Below, piece after piece: positions 27,854 to 37,959 of a stretch of 64,000 nucleotides of DNA. Numbering within the stretch: the stretch's first letter is position 1; the number at the start of each line of letters is the position of its first letter. This stretch comes from Minisyncoccota bacterium (GTDB taxonomy: Bacteria; Patescibacteriota; Microgenomatia; UBA1400; PJMF01): the NCBI GenBank assembly GCA_029881675.1, contig JAOUMD010000001.1, positions 2,930 through 66,929 of the forward strand. Direction: 5' to 3'. A program made the translations under genes and the position numbers. The notes under the pieces are model-generated. The model worked only from the letters and a program-made list of their open reading frames with translations. It did no database searches and was not told where the DNA came from.

Positions 27854-29725
27854 CTACTCCCACTCAGTGGTCCCGGGTGGCTTAGCAGTTAAATCATAAA
27901 CAACTCTGCTAATACCTTTTACTTCTTTAAGTATTCTAGAAACCATTGTATTTAGGTACTTCTCTGGAAAATCTACATTAGGAACTGCTGGTACTCCAGT
28001 CATAAAATCATTAGTAATAATGGTTCTAATAGCAATAGATCTATTTCCTTTTTTGGAGAAGGGTAGGGGAAGAGAAATAACAGGAACCTGACTTACCACT
28101 TTCATTAAATCATTTTCAAATAACTCCTCATTAACAATCTTATCTGCCTGACGTAATTGTTCAATTGTTTCTTTATTTAACTTTGTAGGAGTAATTTCAG
28201 TTACTGGGCCTGACTCTTTCTCTCCAAATAGATACACAACTCTATTTATTTTATGAAAAAGTTTAGGAATACTCTTTGCCATCTCAAATAATACAGGCCA
28301 ATCCATCTCACCACTAATGGCAACAACATAACTATATGTACGACCATCACCTTGAACACCAACTGATTGGATAGGAAGTAATGTTACTTGATGTTTATCT
28401 GTACAATATTTTTTCAGTCTTTTATTAATCTCTTCAAAATCATCTTCTATATATGGCTTCTTGGTACACAGAATACGAATAGCTAGACCAGGACCAGGGA
28501 ATGGATGTCTCCAAACCAAGTGTTTAGATAAACCTAGTTTTTCTCCTAACTGACGGACTTCATCTTTATGATAATCAGCTAATGGTTCAATCACTCTGCC
28601 TTGATTACGTAACTTTCTAACAAGCTCAGTATCATTATGATGAGTCTTAATTACATTGGCATTTTTGGATATGTTATCTGAAGCACTTTCAATTAGATCT
28701 GGTCTTAAAGTACCTTGAACTAGGTAGATATCTTCATCAGGTATATCTAATTCTCTTAATTCTTTTTCTGAAACTTTGATAAAGGTATCTCCAATTATTT
28801 TTCTCTTTTTCTCAGGTTCAATTGTCTCATTTAATGGGAGTGTTTCTTCTCCTTTTATCATAGTTTTGGCTGATAAAAATTCCCTAGAGACATCTACCAC
28901 TTTTAGTTTAAGACCGACTTTTCTTAAGGCTTTTTCAACTTGCTCACTCTCCTTATATCTCATAAAGCCATGATCAATATGAAGTGCAAATACTTTCTCA
29001 CTTCCTAATGCTTTTGTCACCAAAGCTGCAACTACAGTTGAGTCAACTCCACCACTAACTAAGACCAAAGCATAACCATCACCGACATGATTCTTAATTA
29101 ACTCAATGGCTTTTTCTTCACGATCTTTCATCTTATATATTGGCTTTAACTTAGCTACTTTAAATAAGAAATTAGCTAAGATATCTTTACCATTTACTGA
29201 TAGATCAACTTCTGGGTGAAACTGGACACCAAACCATGGTTTATTTTTATGTTCAATTCCGGCAATTAATTTTCCAGATTTAGCTATTACTCTAAACTCC
29301 TTACCAACCTGATCTACTGTGTCTCCGTGAGTTAACAATACAGTTTGTGTTGAGTCTAATGAATCAAAAAGTAAACTATCTGTTTCTACAGAGATATCAA
29401 AAACACCATCTTCTCTAACCGCTTTTTTTTCTACAGTGCCCCCATGGACATAATTAAGCAGTTGCATGCCATAACAAATACCAAAAATTGGGACAGAGAC
29501 TGAGAAAAGATCTGGATTATATTTTGGAGCATTCTCACCATAAACACTTTCAGGTCCACCTGAAATAATAATTGCTCCATATTGTGCTAACTCTGATGAA
29601 GGTGTTTCTAAAGGAAGGATAATTGACTCAACAGCTAGTTCACGAATTCTTCTATCGATAACTTTTGCATATTGTGCACCAGCATCTAGAATAGCTACTT
29701 GCTGTTTTTTATTAGGTTCAGTCAT
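27854..29725 (-). CDS. guaA: GMP synthase (glutamine-hydrolysing), long form
   Basis: ILDAGAQY, GICYGMQ, QFHPEV, SGGVDS, IKTHHN, HPFPGPGL, KPPGTTEWE. Confidence 0.96.
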   Translation of the reverse strand: MTEPNKKQQVAILDAGAQYAKVIDRRIRELAVESIILPLETPSSELAQYGAIIISGGPESVYGENAPKYNPDLFSVSVPIFGICYGMQLLNYVHGGTVEKKAVREDGVFDISVETDSLLFDSLDSTQTVLLTHGDTVDQVGKEFRVIAKSGKLIAGIEHKNKPWFGVQFHPEVDLSVNGKDILANFLFKVAKLKPIYKMKDREEKAIELIKNHVGDGYALVLVSGGVDSTVVAALVTKALGSEKVFALHIDHGFMRYKESEQVEKALRKVGLKLKVVDVSREFLSAKTMIKGEETLPLNETIEPEKKRKIIGDTFIKVSEKELRELDIPDEDIYLVQGTLRPDLIESASDNISKNANVIKTHHNDTELVRKLRNQGRVIEPLADYHKDEVRQLGEKLGLSKHLVWRHPFPGPGLAIRILCTKKPYIEDDFEEINKRLKKYCTDKHQVTLLPIQSVGVQGDGRTYSYVVAISGEMDWPVLFEMAKSIPKLFHKINRVVYLFGEKESGPVTEITPTKLNKETIEQLRQADKIVNEELFENDLMKVVSQVPVISLPLPFSKKGNRSIAIRTIITNDFMTGVPAVPNVDFPEKYLNTMVSRILKEVKGISRVVYDLTAKPPGTTEWE

Positions 29726-29754
29726 ATTTATTAAATTTTAAATATATTAAATAA

Positions 29755-30360
29755 CTAATTATCAAGAATAATCTTGCCTTCTTCTGAAATAGATTCTATT
29801 GAAATAAGAGAGAAGACGGGTACTCCTGTTTCTTTTTCTATCTTTTCAACTCCACCTTGCCACTTCTTATCAAAGATTACCGCCAAACCAACAATCTCTA
29901 CACCATAATCTTGTAAGGCCTTTATTGCAGCAACAGCAGTACTACCATGAGCTACAACATCATCTACTATCAGCAATCTCATGCCAGGTTGTAAAAAGCC
30001 TATCTGACTAACAATATCATCTTGCCCTGTAGTAAAAGACTTATTACTAAACTTTACTACTGACTCCCAAGAGCTAGGTGCTATCTTAGTTCTTTTTGAA
30101 GGAAGAATTTTTCTAATTCGAAGCATATCTGCAACAATAGATACTAAGCGAGAACCTGCATCAGGTAATCCCACAATTGCATCTATTCTCGGATAATCAA
30201 CATAATGCTCAGCCCAAGATCTAGAAACAAGAGACAGTAAATCAGGATCTAAAGAAATATTAAACGGAACAGCTGTAATATAGCCCTTTTGAGCGTCTTT
30301 AACTTTTGCTATTGAAAGAAAACTATTACGAAGTATGGAGAGGGAGTCTGTGTTGTGCAT
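29755..30360 (-). CDS. Purine phosphoribosyltransferase (xanthine/adenine PRT-like)
   Basis: LLIVDDVVAHGST; SFT flexible loop; FDKKWQGG; co-oriented with guaA. Confidence 0.8.
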   Translation of the reverse strand: MHNTDSLSILRNSFLSIAKVKDAQKGYITAVPFNISLDPDLLSLVSRSWAEHYVDYPRIDAIVGLPDAGSRLVSIVADMLRIRKILPSKRTKIAPSSWESVVKFSNKSFTTGQDDIVSQIGFLQPGMRLLIVDDVVAHGSTAVAAIKALQDYGVEIVGLAVIFDKKWQGGVEKIEKETGVPVFSLISIESISEEGKIILDN

Positions 30361-30503
30361 AAAAGTATGCTACTTATCATAACACTAAGTAGATAATTAA
30401 TTCTTTCCTTATTTGACAATTATTAGGTGAATTAATAATTAATCCTACACCTCATAGACTCTTTAGATATTTTTTTTCATAAGTTAAGAGTGACAATCCC
30501 TAT

Positions 30504-31103
30504 ATGAAAAAAGAAATTATCATTGCTCAAGATATAGATGAATGTCTATTCAATTCTGTAAAAAAACATTATCAGGAATTAACAAAGATAGGAAAAAAAC
30601 TAGGTTGGACTAATTTGCCAACTTATGAAGAAGTTTGCTTACTGGGTGGAACACATGGTGCATATGGTAAACAGACTGGATACTGGGAAATAAATGAAGA
30701 AATGAGAAATAGCTCTGAATTTAACCAAGGATTAGAACCAATTGAAGGGTCACTTGAAGCTCTTACTCTCTTACAATCAATGCTTGGGATATATCTAACT
30801 ACTAGGCCAGAAAATTTAACTTTAATAACAGAGGAAGAACTTGATGAAGCTGGTTTTCCCAAAAGAGAAGTTGTCTGTAGACCTAAATCAATCCCATTAG
30901 AACACACTACTGAGTGGAAACTAGATGTCCTTAGGTATTTAGCACAAGAGAAGACGGCTACTATGATTGATGACTCTATGAGTTTGCATAATGCCATCTT
31001 AAAAGCAAATGATCCTAGAATAGAAACTGTTCTTTTTCAAGGTCCTATGACTCCAAAGGGTAAAGGTAAAACATGGAAAAAAATTAGAGAAGAATTAAAG
31101 TAG
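30504..31103 (+). CDS. HAD 5'(3')-nucleotidase-like hydrolase (paralog of 14875..15516)
   Basis: IAQDIDECLFNS, GSLEALTLL, YLTTRPE, TTEWK, MIDDS, GPMTPKG. Confidence 0.75.
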   Translation: MKKEIIIAQDIDECLFNSVKKHYQELTKIGKKLGWTNLPTYEEVCLLGGTHGAYGKQTGYWEINEEMRNSSEFNQGLEPIEGSLEALTLLQSMLGIYLTTRPENLTLITEEELDEAGFPKREVVCRPKSIPLEHTTEWKLDVLRYLAQEKTATMIDDSMSLHNAILKANDPRIETVLFQGPMTPKGKGKTWKKIREELK

Positions 31104-31238
31104 TAATTATTAATATCTTTTAGCATGAATAGTTATTAATTTTAAAATATTTTGACAATCATTCTTCCAAAGTATAAAATTATTTTTCAGAGCTTAGATA
31201 AAAAAGAAAATTTCTTTGTATCTAAACTCTGATTTTTT

Positions 31239-31862
31239 ATGACAAACAAAAATAATGGAATAATAATAGCAATCGTTGGACCACACTATAGTGGAAAATC
31301 TACTTTATCTCAGAAATTATTTCATGAGAGTAACTTCTCAACAGTAGAAGAAAAATGGCTTGAAGATCCATTTACACAATTTCGCAAAAAAGGTGACTAC
31401 TTAAAATCACAAATATGGTTTCTTACAGAAACTATGAAAACAATGCTTGAAGCCATTAACATGAAAAATAATGGTTCTAAAATTGTCTTAGATACTTTTG
31501 TAAATACTACCCGAGCATTTTGTAGATCTAAACTTTCTACGCAAGATTTTAAAATATTTAACATTGTTTTTGACAATATTGTCAAGGATTTTCCTTTACC
31601 TGATCTAATAATCTATCTCACAGGATCAGTAGATGCTCTTAAACAAAGAAGTATTATTAGAGCCAAATCGGGAACTGGTCCAGATAGTGATAAAAACGTT
31701 TCTCTTGAATGGATAAAAAAATCTATTGATGCAAATGAAGAAGAATTTGGAAACTGGACCAAAACACCGATAATTAAGATTGATGTTTCAAATAAAGATG
31801 TAATAAATAACAAATTAGATTACAACGAACTTTTACAAAAGGTCATTAACACCCAGAACTAA
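31239..31862 (+). CDS. Deoxynucleoside-kinase-family P-loop kinase
   Basis: IAIVGPHYSGKSTL, SQIWFL, PDLIIYL. Confidence 0.75.
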   Translation: MTNKNNGIIIAIVGPHYSGKSTLSQKLFHESNFSTVEEKWLEDPFTQFRKKGDYLKSQIWFLTETMKTMLEAINMKNNGSKIVLDTFVNTTRAFCRSKLSTQDFKIFNIVFDNIVKDFPLPDLIIYLTGSVDALKQRSIIRAKSGTGPDSDKNVSLEWIKKSIDANEEEFGNWTKTPIIKIDVSNKDVINNKLDYNELLQKVINTQN

Positions 31863-31996
31863 TTTATATCTCAATATATTCTATTTAATAAATTAATTTC
31901 TATAATATGAAATTTTTCTTCTTTATATTCTTTTCTATGTTTTTTTCTTAAAAAATTACGATAATAATTAGATTTCCTCACATAATTCTTGACTCC

Positions 31997-34312
31997 ATGG
32001 TCAAAAATAATTCATTACCAGATGAAATAATCTACAACATTAGATTATTAAATTCTATTAGAATCATTATGGTAAAAGAAATACAATCCTTTGCCCCTCA
32101 GGCAGAACAACTAAGACAAAGACGAGACAGTTGGTTAAGAATGTTTGATAAAGACTTAAGATCTAAAATGTCTGAGCGACAAGGTTTTAAATCAGAATTA
32201 CCCTTAACTGCTCATTTCTTAATTGACGGATCAGTAAAAATTCCCTTTGCAGAGTTTTCTCAACTGCCTGACTGGATGAAAAAATTCTTCCTTGACGATA
32301 GAGTTTCTCGTCCACCATCAGTCTCAGTTTTTTCAGATTACAATGATAGTTTAGAACATCCAGAAGTTTTAGCGTCAGTTCAAAATAACACTAAAGATAT
32401 AGTTCTAAGAGGGGGTCGTTTTTGGGATTTTGATGGAAGTAAAGCAAACTATGGACCAGACGGGGCAGAAGCAGTTGAACTACTCTTTGAAAACATTAAC
32501 GGAAATATGTCAATAATAAATCAATTAATTAATTTTGAACCTCAAAATGAATTTGAATGGTTGGCAAGAATTGCAGCATGGGAATATATTAGAAATGATT
32601 TTTGTGCTGTCTATTATTCTTTAAAATGTAGAATTGCGAAAGTTGATGATGCTTCTGCACATGAATTGGGTGTTATTGATCACGCACTTGAATATATTTC
32701 AAATAGATACTTTGACAGTATCCTCATGTTTCAAACAGATCCCCATAGAGGTTCTAGAGAATTAAGTGAGATAGTGAATAATGCAGAAGAAATAAAATCT
32801 ACTTTAAGTGAGTTTGTTTCTGATCCTCAATTTGAAGGGCGAGATCTACTCAGATCTCATAGAGAAGTTAACAACCCACTATCATTAATGAATGCTTTTA
32901 GATTAATTTATAAATCTGACAGTGATTCTAATGAACTTAGTTATACTGATGAAATTAAAAATAATGATGCCATTTTAGCTCCTCTTTATGGGGGAATTGA
33001 TTTGGCCTATGCTTTCAGATATGCTCTCGGTGATGGGCAAAGATATATTGAACAACTTCTAGATACTAAGCTATGTGATGATAAAAAATTTGTTAAAGTT
33101 TTACCTGTACTCTCAAAACTAGGAAGTAAGGGTGTTGTTAGATCCCAATTATCTAAGATTGATTCAGTAATTCCAAATTTAAATTCAGATGAGTCTGTTA
33201 ATGGTAGAGAGAAGGGCTGGTTGGCTAAAGAAATTCCAGATGCCAGAAGTATTCTAGTTATTGATGACTCTCTAGCGACAGGTGGATCAGCGGTAGTATT
33301 CAAAGATTGGGTCTCTGAAGCACTTGGACATGATGTTGAAATGGAACTTAGAGTAATTTATGCCAACCTAAGATGGTCAAAACACCAATGTCCAATAGAA
33401 GATTTAATGGCAGCAGATCCTATTACTCAAACTCCAATTACTAGAAGCATGAAAAAGGCTCTATATCCACTTGGTAGTAGATTTATGCCAGATGCAGTAA
33501 GCAATCATCTACAACAAAAAACAAAACGGACTTTTTCAAGTTTAACTGATGCAATGCCAGAGATAACTAAAATGCATCAGAAAAAAACTATTGAAGCTGT
33601 TGGCTTTGATCTTGATGACACACTAATACTACGTACTGTTGATGCTAAAGCAAGAAGAATCATGATTAACCATTCTATACTTAGACTTCTAAATCAGAAC
33701 GGGATTACTATAGATCCCGATCTATATGCAGAACGTAGTTATAAAATTCTTAATAGGGAGAGGGGATTATCTCAAACTAATCCCAACCATCCTATTGATA
33801 TGGATTCTTGTAATAAAGAAATTTTAATTGACCTAGGTATAACAGATAAAGCTCAATTAAAAATCTTAGCCCCACTAATGACTCTTGAAGAACTTAAAGT
33901 AGATCAAAAAATTGTGATTCCAGCTCCTGGAGCAAGAGAGATATTAGAAGAACTAATTAGCTTAGGAATAGACTTTGGAATATTTTCAAATTCTCACTAT
34001 CTTGTCCAACACATTGAACAAATTCTTATTGCTGCTGGGATTGATGATCTACTAATAGATAGAACTCTTCTAACCTCAGCTAATCCAGGTACCCCTCAAA
34101 AACCTGATGGACAAGCAATAAAAAATCTTGCTAAAGAAATGGGTACCATAGTTCAAGACCTTGCATATGTTGGTAATTCATTCCAAACAGATGTGGTTGG
34201 TTCGACAAAGAGTGGCGGAGTTTCAATATATATACCCCAACCAGTAGATGCTATAAGTAGAGCAGAAATAACTAAAATAAAAAATTGGAAAGAACAATTA
34301 GCCAATGTCTAA
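31997..34312 (+). CDS. Multidomain protein: unknown N-terminal domain, PRTase and HAD hydrolase (start may be 32069)
   Basis: ILAPLYGG and ILVIDDSLATGGS (PRTase); GFDLDDTL, FSNS, KPDG, YVGNSFQTDV (HAD). Confidence 0.75.
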   Translation: MVKNNSLPDEIIYNIRLLNSIRIIMVKEIQSFAPQAEQLRQRRDSWLRMFDKDLRSKMSERQGFKSELPLTAHFLIDGSVKIPFAEFSQLPDWMKKFFLDDRVSRPPSVSVFSDYNDSLEHPEVLASVQNNTKDIVLRGGRFWDFDGSKANYGPDGAEAVELLFENINGNMSIINQLINFEPQNEFEWLARIAAWEYIRNDFCAVYYSLKCRIAKVDDASAHELGVIDHALEYISNRYFDSILMFQTDPHRGSRELSEIVNNAEEIKSTLSEFVSDPQFEGRDLLRSHREVNNPLSLMNAFRLIYKSDSDSNELSYTDEIKNNDAILAPLYGGIDLAYAFRYALGDGQRYIEQLLDTKLCDDKKFVKVLPVLSKLGSKGVVRSQLSKIDSVIPNLNSDESVNGREKGWLAKEIPDARSILVIDDSLATGGSAVVFKDWVSEALGHDVEMELRVIYANLRWSKHQCPIEDLMAADPITQTPITRSMKKALYPLGSRFMPDAVSNHLQQKTKRTFSSLTDAMPEITKMHQKKTIEAVGFDLDDTLILRTVDAKARRIMINHSILRLLNQNGITIDPDLYAERSYKILNRERGLSQTNPNHPIDMDSCNKEILIDLGITDKAQLKILAPLMTLEELKVDQKIVIPAPGAREILEELISLGIDFGIFSNSHYLVQHIEQILIAAGIDDLLIDRTLLTSANPGTPQKPDGQAIKNLAKEMGTIVQDLAYVGNSFQTDVVGSTKSGGVSIYIPQPVDAISRAEITKIKNWKEQLANV

Positions 34313-35153
34313 AATACCTATTATTATCGATACTGATGTCTTTGGTGACCCAGATGACATACTAGCCATTACCTACTTACTTGCAAACCAAGACAAGATA
34401 GAAATTAAACTTATCGTAACTGCTGATGAACATAAAGGGATGAGAGCAGCTTGGTTACAAAAAATATTCTCAAAAGCAGGGCTTGATGTTCCTATAGTGG
34501 CTGGCGTTGACCTCGGTAACACCAGACTTTTTCTTTTTGATGAAATTAACACTAGCAATGTAAATTTCAATTATCTTGAAGCAATCAAAGAAGTTATAGA
34601 ATCTAATGATTCAACTACATATCTTTGTATGGCTCCTCAATCTAACTTAGCTGCCTTTATTTCTAAATATCCTCACCTTAAAAATAAAATAGTTGTAAAA
34701 GGTATGGGTGCAGTTTTAGATATAGACTTAGGCAGAATAGAACACAATGTGAAATATGACATTGAAGCATTTAAAACAGTAGCTAGTCAGATGAAACCAC
34801 AACTCTTATTAGCTGATCATACTTGGCATGACAGTATGCAATTCCACAAAGAAACTGAGATGTATAAGATGATAGATAAAAGCACTAATCCTCTTGCTCT
34901 TGCAATAATAAAAAATGCCAATGCTTTTTACGATACCCTTTATCCTCAATCAAGATTTCATGATCCAATCTTAGCTAGTATTCTTCTTGATGACTTTCTA
35001 GAATTTACTCCTGACAAACTAATTGTTGAACCAAATGGATTTACAAGAAGACCTAAAAAAGGTGAAAAGGGGTGTGAAGTTACGGTAAGTAAAAGTGTTG
35101 ATTATGATAACTTATACACTCATTTCTTTAATAGTCTAAAACAATATCTCTAG
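34305..35153 (+). CDS. Nucleoside hydrolase (IUNH family)
   Basis: IIIDTDVFGDPDDILA, APQSNLA, EHNVKYD, FHDP. Confidence 0.88.
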   Translation: MSKIPIIIDTDVFGDPDDILAITYLLANQDKIEIKLIVTADEHKGMRAAWLQKIFSKAGLDVPIVAGVDLGNTRLFLFDEINTSNVNFNYLEAIKEVIESNDSTTYLCMAPQSNLAAFISKYPHLKNKIVVKGMGAVLDIDLGRIEHNVKYDIEAFKTVASQMKPQLLLADHTWHDSMQFHKETEMYKMIDKSTNPLALAIIKNANAFYDTLYPQSRFHDPILASILLDDFLEFTPDKLIVEPNGFTRRPKKGEKGCEVTVSKSVDYDNLYTHFFNSLKQYL

Positions 35154-35168
35154 CTACAAAATATATTT

Positions 35169-35678
35169 ATGAAAATTAACCTATCAAAACACATAGAAAC
35201 TGTAATTAAAGCTCATGTAGATCACCCCAAAGAAGAAATCAATAAATATCGTTTCTTTGATAAAAAGACACCGTATGTTGTCCATCCAATATGGTGTGCT
35301 ACTACTATATTAACAGAGCCAAAACTTGATTTTGACCTAAGACAAAAAGGAGCATTATCACTTCTATACCACGATGTTTTAGAAGATACTTTAGCTCCAT
35401 TACCAGAAGATTTGCCAAGTGAAATTAAAGAATGGATTAGAGACATGACCTTTGATGGGGGCTTTGAAGAAGAACAGGTTAAACTATTCACAAAGCCAAA
35501 AGAAGTTTTACTCTTTAAGCTTTATGATAAAACCTCAAACTTACTGGATGCCACTTGGATGGATAAAGAGTTATATAAAACATATTTTGACTTTACTCAA
35601 AAGTTATCAAAGAAAGTAACCAAACATTACGGAGAGTTAAATATTACTAAGATACTTGGTACCTTAAAATATAGATAG
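35169..35678 (+). CDS. HD-domain hydrolase (MESH1/SpoT-hydrolase-like)
   Basis: R...TPYVVHP, LYHDVLEDT, KLYDKTSN. Confidence 0.8.
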   Translation: MKINLSKHIETVIKAHVDHPKEEINKYRFFDKKTPYVVHPIWCATTILTEPKLDFDLRQKGALSLLYHDVLEDTLAPLPEDLPSEIKEWIRDMTFDGGFEEEQVKLFTKPKEVLLFKLYDKTSNLLDATWMDKELYKTYFDFTQKLSKKVTKHYGELNITKILGTLKYR

Positions 35679-35681
35679 TAT

Positions 35682-36248
35682 TTAATAATACTTATCTTCC
35701 TTAGCCATCTCTTCTACAAGTAATGATCTAATAATATCTGCCTTTGATTTGTTCATCTTTTGAGACTTCTCGTTAAGAAAGTTAACTAAGTCTGAAGAAA
35801 GCATCATATTAAACCTTTGGTCCTTTTCTTTTGAAATAAAGTTAATTGCATTGCTAATAATCTCTCTTAAGTTACTTTGGTTATAACCTAAGACAATTAA
35901 CTTATCTGATTTAATATCTTTGAGGATATGAGGTGTAGCTGAGTCTTTATGCAAGGCAATTACAAACTTATTATGTAATAGAGCCATACTTATTTCTTGA
36001 CCTATTCCTATTGAAGAATGAGTAACTTCAACAACAATCACATCTGCATCTTTCTTTTGTTTAGAGATCATTTCTTGTTCTAATAGATTTTCCTTCTCAC
36101 TCTTATTAAAATACTGATCTTTATTATTAAATCTTCTTTCAAAAAGGTTTACATAACCTAATTCCTCAAAGTAGTCACAAATTAAATTACAATCTTTTTT
36201 TAACTCACTGGTCATCTTGCTGATGGAGACAGAGAAGTAGATTTTCAT
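35682..36248 (-). CDS. NDT/DNPH1-like domain plus RHH fusion (copy 1, Glu retained)
   Basis: MKIYFS, ADVIVVEVTHSSIGIGQEI, RFNMMLS...SKADIIRSLL. Confidence 0.72.
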   Translation of the reverse strand: MKIYFSVSISKMTSELKKDCNLICDYFEELGYVNLFERRFNNKDQYFNKSEKENLLEQEMISKQKKDADVIVVEVTHSSIGIGQEISMALLHNKFVIALHKDSATPHILKDIKSDKLIVLGYNQSNLREIISNAINFISKEKDQRFNMMLSSDLVNFLNEKSQKMNKSKADIIRSLLVEEMAKEDKYY

Positions 36249-36811
36249 TAGTTATTCTGCTTTTTCATATCCATTCTAATTAACTCTCTTATGTGCGAAG
36301 ACTTAGGCTTTCTATTTTTCTTCGATAGTTTATTTAAATAATTAATCAACTCAGGTTCTAACATTAAATTAAATCTCTTTAACTGCCTCCCTTTGGCATA
36401 TTCAAGTCCTTCTTCAACGACATCCTCCAAATTTGATCCATCATATTCTAAATATATAAAGTTCTCATCATCCATACCTTTTAAAAACACTGATTCATAT
36501 CCTATTTCATGAAATGCAAGAATAGTCTTATTTTGTTCTAAAGCCATAGTTACCTCATGACCAATATTAATTGTTGATGGAAATGACATTTCTGCTATTA
36601 CTAGATCACATTTCCCAATCCACTTAACAACTTTTTTATAATACTTTGTTGAAGTATCCAGAGTTTTGTTTCTAATATCATCCATTGAGACATCTAAAAT
36701 ATGGTCTGCTTTAATAGTATGACCTAGATCTTCAGCTCGTTTTACAATCCTCTCAAAGAAGTCTTTATGGTCTTTTCTGAAATAAATAGAACCAGTGAAA
36801 TATATATTCAT
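36248..36811 (-). CDS. NDT-like plus RHH fusion (copy 2, Glu retained)
   Basis: MNIYFTGSI, CDLVIAEMSFPSTINIGHEV, RFNLMLE...PKSSHIRELI. Confidence 0.72.
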   Translation of the reverse strand: MNIYFTGSIYFRKDHKDFFERIVKRAEDLGHTIKADHILDVSMDDIRNKTLDTSTKYYKKVVKWIGKCDLVIAEMSFPSTINIGHEVTMALEQNKTILAFHEIGYESVFLKGMDDENFIYLEYDGSNLEDVVEEGLEYAKGRQLKRFNLMLEPELINYLNKLSKKNRKPKSSHIRELIRMDMKKQNN

Positions 36812-37374
36812 TTATTTAACTCAACTTTCATCAACTCATTAATAGCTTTTCGAATTATTTGAGCTTTAGACATTTTATTCTTTTTTGAGTAATCGTTAAG
36901 GAAATTTATCATTTGAGGAGAAAGCATTAAGTTAAAACGCTTATCTTGATTTCCAGAAAAATAATCAAATGCATCTGAAATAACATCATCAATACTTTCA
37001 TATGTATATTCTGATACGACTAGATTAGGGTCATGAATTCCTGAGAGAAAAAATGGAGCATTTCCTTTTGAATATAAACACAAAGTTGGTTTTGATAACT
37101 CAATACCTTTATTAATTAGGTAGCCCATTGATAAACTATGAATAGATACTTCTACAACTATTACATAAGCTTTTTTCAAGTTAGTAAGTGTATTCTGATA
37201 GTGCTGATCAATCTCTTCTAATGAATATTCGTAAAAACTATCTGGATCATTATTTATAACTAAATCTGAAGTATGTTTACCATAGGCAGATAGTGACTTA
37301 TATATCTTATTTAAGTTATCAGATTGTTCTTTTATTCTTAAGGAACGAGGGGAGCCGGTGAAGAATATTTTCAC
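36808..37374 (-). CDS. NDT-like plus RHH fusion (copy 3, Glu replaced by Leu)
   Basis: IFFTGS, AYVIVVEVSIHSLSMGYLI, RFNLMLSP...SKAQIIRKAI; GTG start overlaps the upstream TGA. Confidence 0.72.
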   Translation of the reverse strand: MKIFFTGSPRSLRIKEQSDNLNKIYKSLSAYGKHTSDLVINNDPDSFYEYSLEEIDQHYQNTLTNLKKAYVIVVEVSIHSLSMGYLINKGIELSKPTLCLYSKGNAPFFLSGIHDPNLVVSEYTYESIDDVISDAFDYFSGNQDKRFNLMLSPQMINFLNDYSKKNKMSKAQIIRKAINELMKVELNK

Positions 37375-37931
37375 AAATCTTTCCCCTTCATATCTTCTTT
37401 AATCAAACCTCTTATATAAACAGCTTTTGGAGTTTTTGTTTTCTTTGATAACTTATTCAAATACAGATTCATCTTCTTACTAAGCATCATGTTATATCTA
37501 ACATCATTCTCAAAAAACAAATTATCTAATGCTAAATCAATTACTTTCTTATAATTTTTTTCTGAATACTCCCACAATTGAAACCTCTCATCATCTATAC
37601 CTTCAATAAAGAGTTGCCTATTTCCTTTTGTATATAGACAGATTACATTCTTCTCATGCTTTAAAGCATGTAATATCTGAAAACCAATAGTAATACTAGG
37701 AGTAGAGGTCTCTAAAATAACGACATCACTCTTCTTCATTAACGAATCAGCTTGATCATAAACATGCTTAATGTGAAAGGAAGTAGGTTTATAAAAATCT
37801 TCAAAGTTTTCTTTAGAAAGGTAATCTAAAACAATTTTATGTCCTATGTCTTGAAGGTAAGACTGGACTTTTGTTACCAAGTTGATCTGTTTCTTATCTG
37901 ATCTTCCAGATAAGTTTAGATATATATTCAT
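37371..37931 (-). CDS. NDT-like plus RHH fusion (copy 4, Glu replaced by Gln)
   Basis: MNIYL, SDVVILETSTPSITIGFQI, RYNMMLS...PKAVYIRGLI. Confidence 0.72.
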   Translation of the reverse strand: MNIYLNLSGRSDKKQINLVTKVQSYLQDIGHKIVLDYLSKENFEDFYKPTSFHIKHVYDQADSLMKKSDVVILETSTPSITIGFQILHALKHEKNVICLYTKGNRQLFIEGIDDERFQLWEYSEKNYKKVIDLALDNLFFENDVRYNMMLSKKMNLYLNKLSKKTKTPKAVYIRGLIKEDMKGKDL

Positions 37932-37959
37932 ACTTGGTATTAGATTCTATCATACAAAA

